Assembly (NCBI RefSeq): GCF_036365525.1
Contig: NC_090404.1
Span: 4,526,001-4,590,000, forward strand
Length of the DNA: 64,000 bases
Reading direction: 5' to 3'
DNA from: Heterodontus francisci
Lineage: Eukaryota
Of this stretch, positions 62,253 through 64,000 are shown piece by piece. The notes below the pieces were generated by a model. The model was not told the origin of the DNA. It did no database searches and worked only from the letters and a program-made list of their open reading frames with translations. Position 1 is the first letter of the stretch. Each line of letters begins with the position of its first letter. The position numbers and the translations under genes are program-made.

Positions 62253-63630
62253 TTTTTTATTCGTTACATGGGATGTGGGCGTCGCTGGCCAGGCCAGCAT
62301 TTATTGCCCATCCCTAATTGCCCTTGAGAAGGTGGTGGTGAGATGCCTTCTTCAACCGCGGGTAGGTACGCACAGTGCTATTAGGAACGGAGTTCCAGGT
62401 TTTGATGTAGTGACAGTGAAGGAACAGAGATCTCGTTCGAAGTCAGGGTGGTGTGTGGCTTGGAGGGGATCTTGCAGGTGGTGGTGTTCCCAACCATTGC
62501 TGCCCTTGTCCTTCTAGTTGGTAGAGGTCGCGGCTTTGGAAGGTGCTGTCGAATGAGCCTTGCTGCATTGCTGCAATGCATCTTGTAGATGGCACACATT
62601 GCTGCCACTGTGCGTCGGTGGTGAAGCGAGTGAATGTTTGCGGATGGGGTACCAATCAAGCCGGTTGCTTTGTCCTTGACGGTGTCCAGATTCTTGAATG
62701 TTGTTGGAGCTACATCCATCCAGGCAAGTGGAGAGTACTCCCTCACAATCCTGACTTGTGCCTTGCAGATGGCAGACTGGCTTTGGGGAGTCAGGAGGTG
62801 AGTTACTTGCCACAGGATGCCTAGCCTCTGACCTGCATTTGTAGTCACGGCTACTCCTGTATGTTTCTGATCAATGTTCACCATCAGGATGTTGATAGTG
62901 GGGGATTCGGCGATCATAATGCCATTGAATGACAAGGGGAGATGGTTAGATTCTCTTTTGATGAAGATGGTCATTGCCTGGCACGTCGGTGGTACGAACG
63001 TTGCTTGCCACTTATCAGTCCTCACTGGATATTGTCCAGGTCTGGCTGTATTAATACACGGGATGCTTCAGTATATGAGGAGTTGCGAATGGTGCTGAAT
63101 ATTGTGTAATCATCAGCGAACATCCCCACTTCTGACCTTATGATTGAAGGAAGGTCATTGATGCAGCAGCTTAAGATGGTTGGGCCTAGGACAGTACCCT
63201 GAGGAACTCCTGCAATGATGTCCTGCAACTGAGAATTTTGACCTCCAACAACCACAGCCATCGTCCTTTGCACTAGGTATGAGTCCAACCAGTGGAAAAG
63301 CTTCCCCCTGATTCTCATTGATTCCAGTTTTACTAGGGCTCCTTGGTGTCGTTCTCGGTCAAATGTTGCCTTGATGTCAAGGGCAATCACTCTCACCTCA
63401 CCTCGAGAGTACAGCTCTTTTTTCCATGTTTGAACCAAGGCTGTAATGAGGTCTGGAACTGAGTGGCCCTGGCGGAACTCAAACTGAGCGTCACTGAGCA
63501 TGTTATTGCTGAGCAACTGCCGCTTGATGGCACTGTCCGGGTCACCTTCCATCACTTTACTGATCATCGAGAGTGGACTGATGGTGCAGTAATTGGCCAG
63601 CTTGGTTTTGCCTTGCCTTTTGGGGAGGCG
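62253..63630 (-). mobile_element. 5'-truncated CR1/L2-type LINE (family B) inserted in a + strand CR1 fragment (62080-62250, 63835-64000)
   Basis: ALDIKATFD, GVPQGTVLGP, FADD, HSLHHRRTVAA; 3' tail as at 535 and 30000. Confidence 0.9.
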
Positions 63631-64000
63631 GTGTCGTAGAGGCATTGTCAATGCACTAGTAATCCAGAAACGCAGGGTATTCCCTTAAGGGAAGGAGTTC
63701 GAATCCCACCATGGCAGAAATTGGACGAAAAGCAAAATACTGCGGATGCTCGAAATCTGAAATAAAAACAAGAAATGCTGGAACCACTCAGCAGGTTGGG
63801 CAGCATCTGTGGAGAGAGAAGCAGAGTTAACGTTAAGGGACACTGACTATGATGAGAGGTTGAGTAAATTGGCCGATATTCTCTGGAGTTTAGAAGAATG
63901 AGAGGTCTTCTAATTGCCAGGGTAGAAGCTGAGAGATGGTTTTCATTGGTCAGGGAATGCAGAAAACTGGGACACAGCCTTAGGATAAGGGGCCAATCAT

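Noticed and set aside
23500-64000. Additional Ig clusters or host protein-coding genes upstream
   Set aside because: No V/C domains, RSS pairs or recognisable non-transposon exons found; small exons could have been missed by eye.

Overview
Eukaryotic (cartilaginous fish) genomic DNA. The C-region peptides match, from memory, horn shark (Heterodontus) IgM. The window holds one complete, unrearranged, apparently functional shark-type IgM heavy-chain cluster on the minus strand: leader, VH, D1, D2, JH, CH1-CH4 with secretory tailpiece, TM1 and TM2 (23223 to 7614). The RSS spacers are 23 / 12-22 / 12-12 / 23, and all splice sites are canonical and in frame. The rest is repeat-rich: many CR1-type LINEs, a second CR1/L2-type LINE family, a young Tx1-clade LINE with intact ORF2, a Rex/Babar relic, three tRNA-derived SINE families, Penelope-type fragments, 27-, 34- and ~66-bp tandem repeats, and two decayed tRNA copies. 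Best leads: (1) a candidate third terminal IgM exon between the secretory tail and TM1, in phase with the CH4 donor, encoding a 96-aa basic, Cys-containing, internally repeated tail whose stop overlaps ATTAAA; (2) an RSS-flanked, J-like, phase-1 mini-segment in the J-C intron; (3) a multi-copy upstream module with a conserved ~125-140-nt GT-AG intron. Ig exon and RSS coordinates were read base by base. Repeat boundaries are approximate and repeat family names come from recognition, not database searches.
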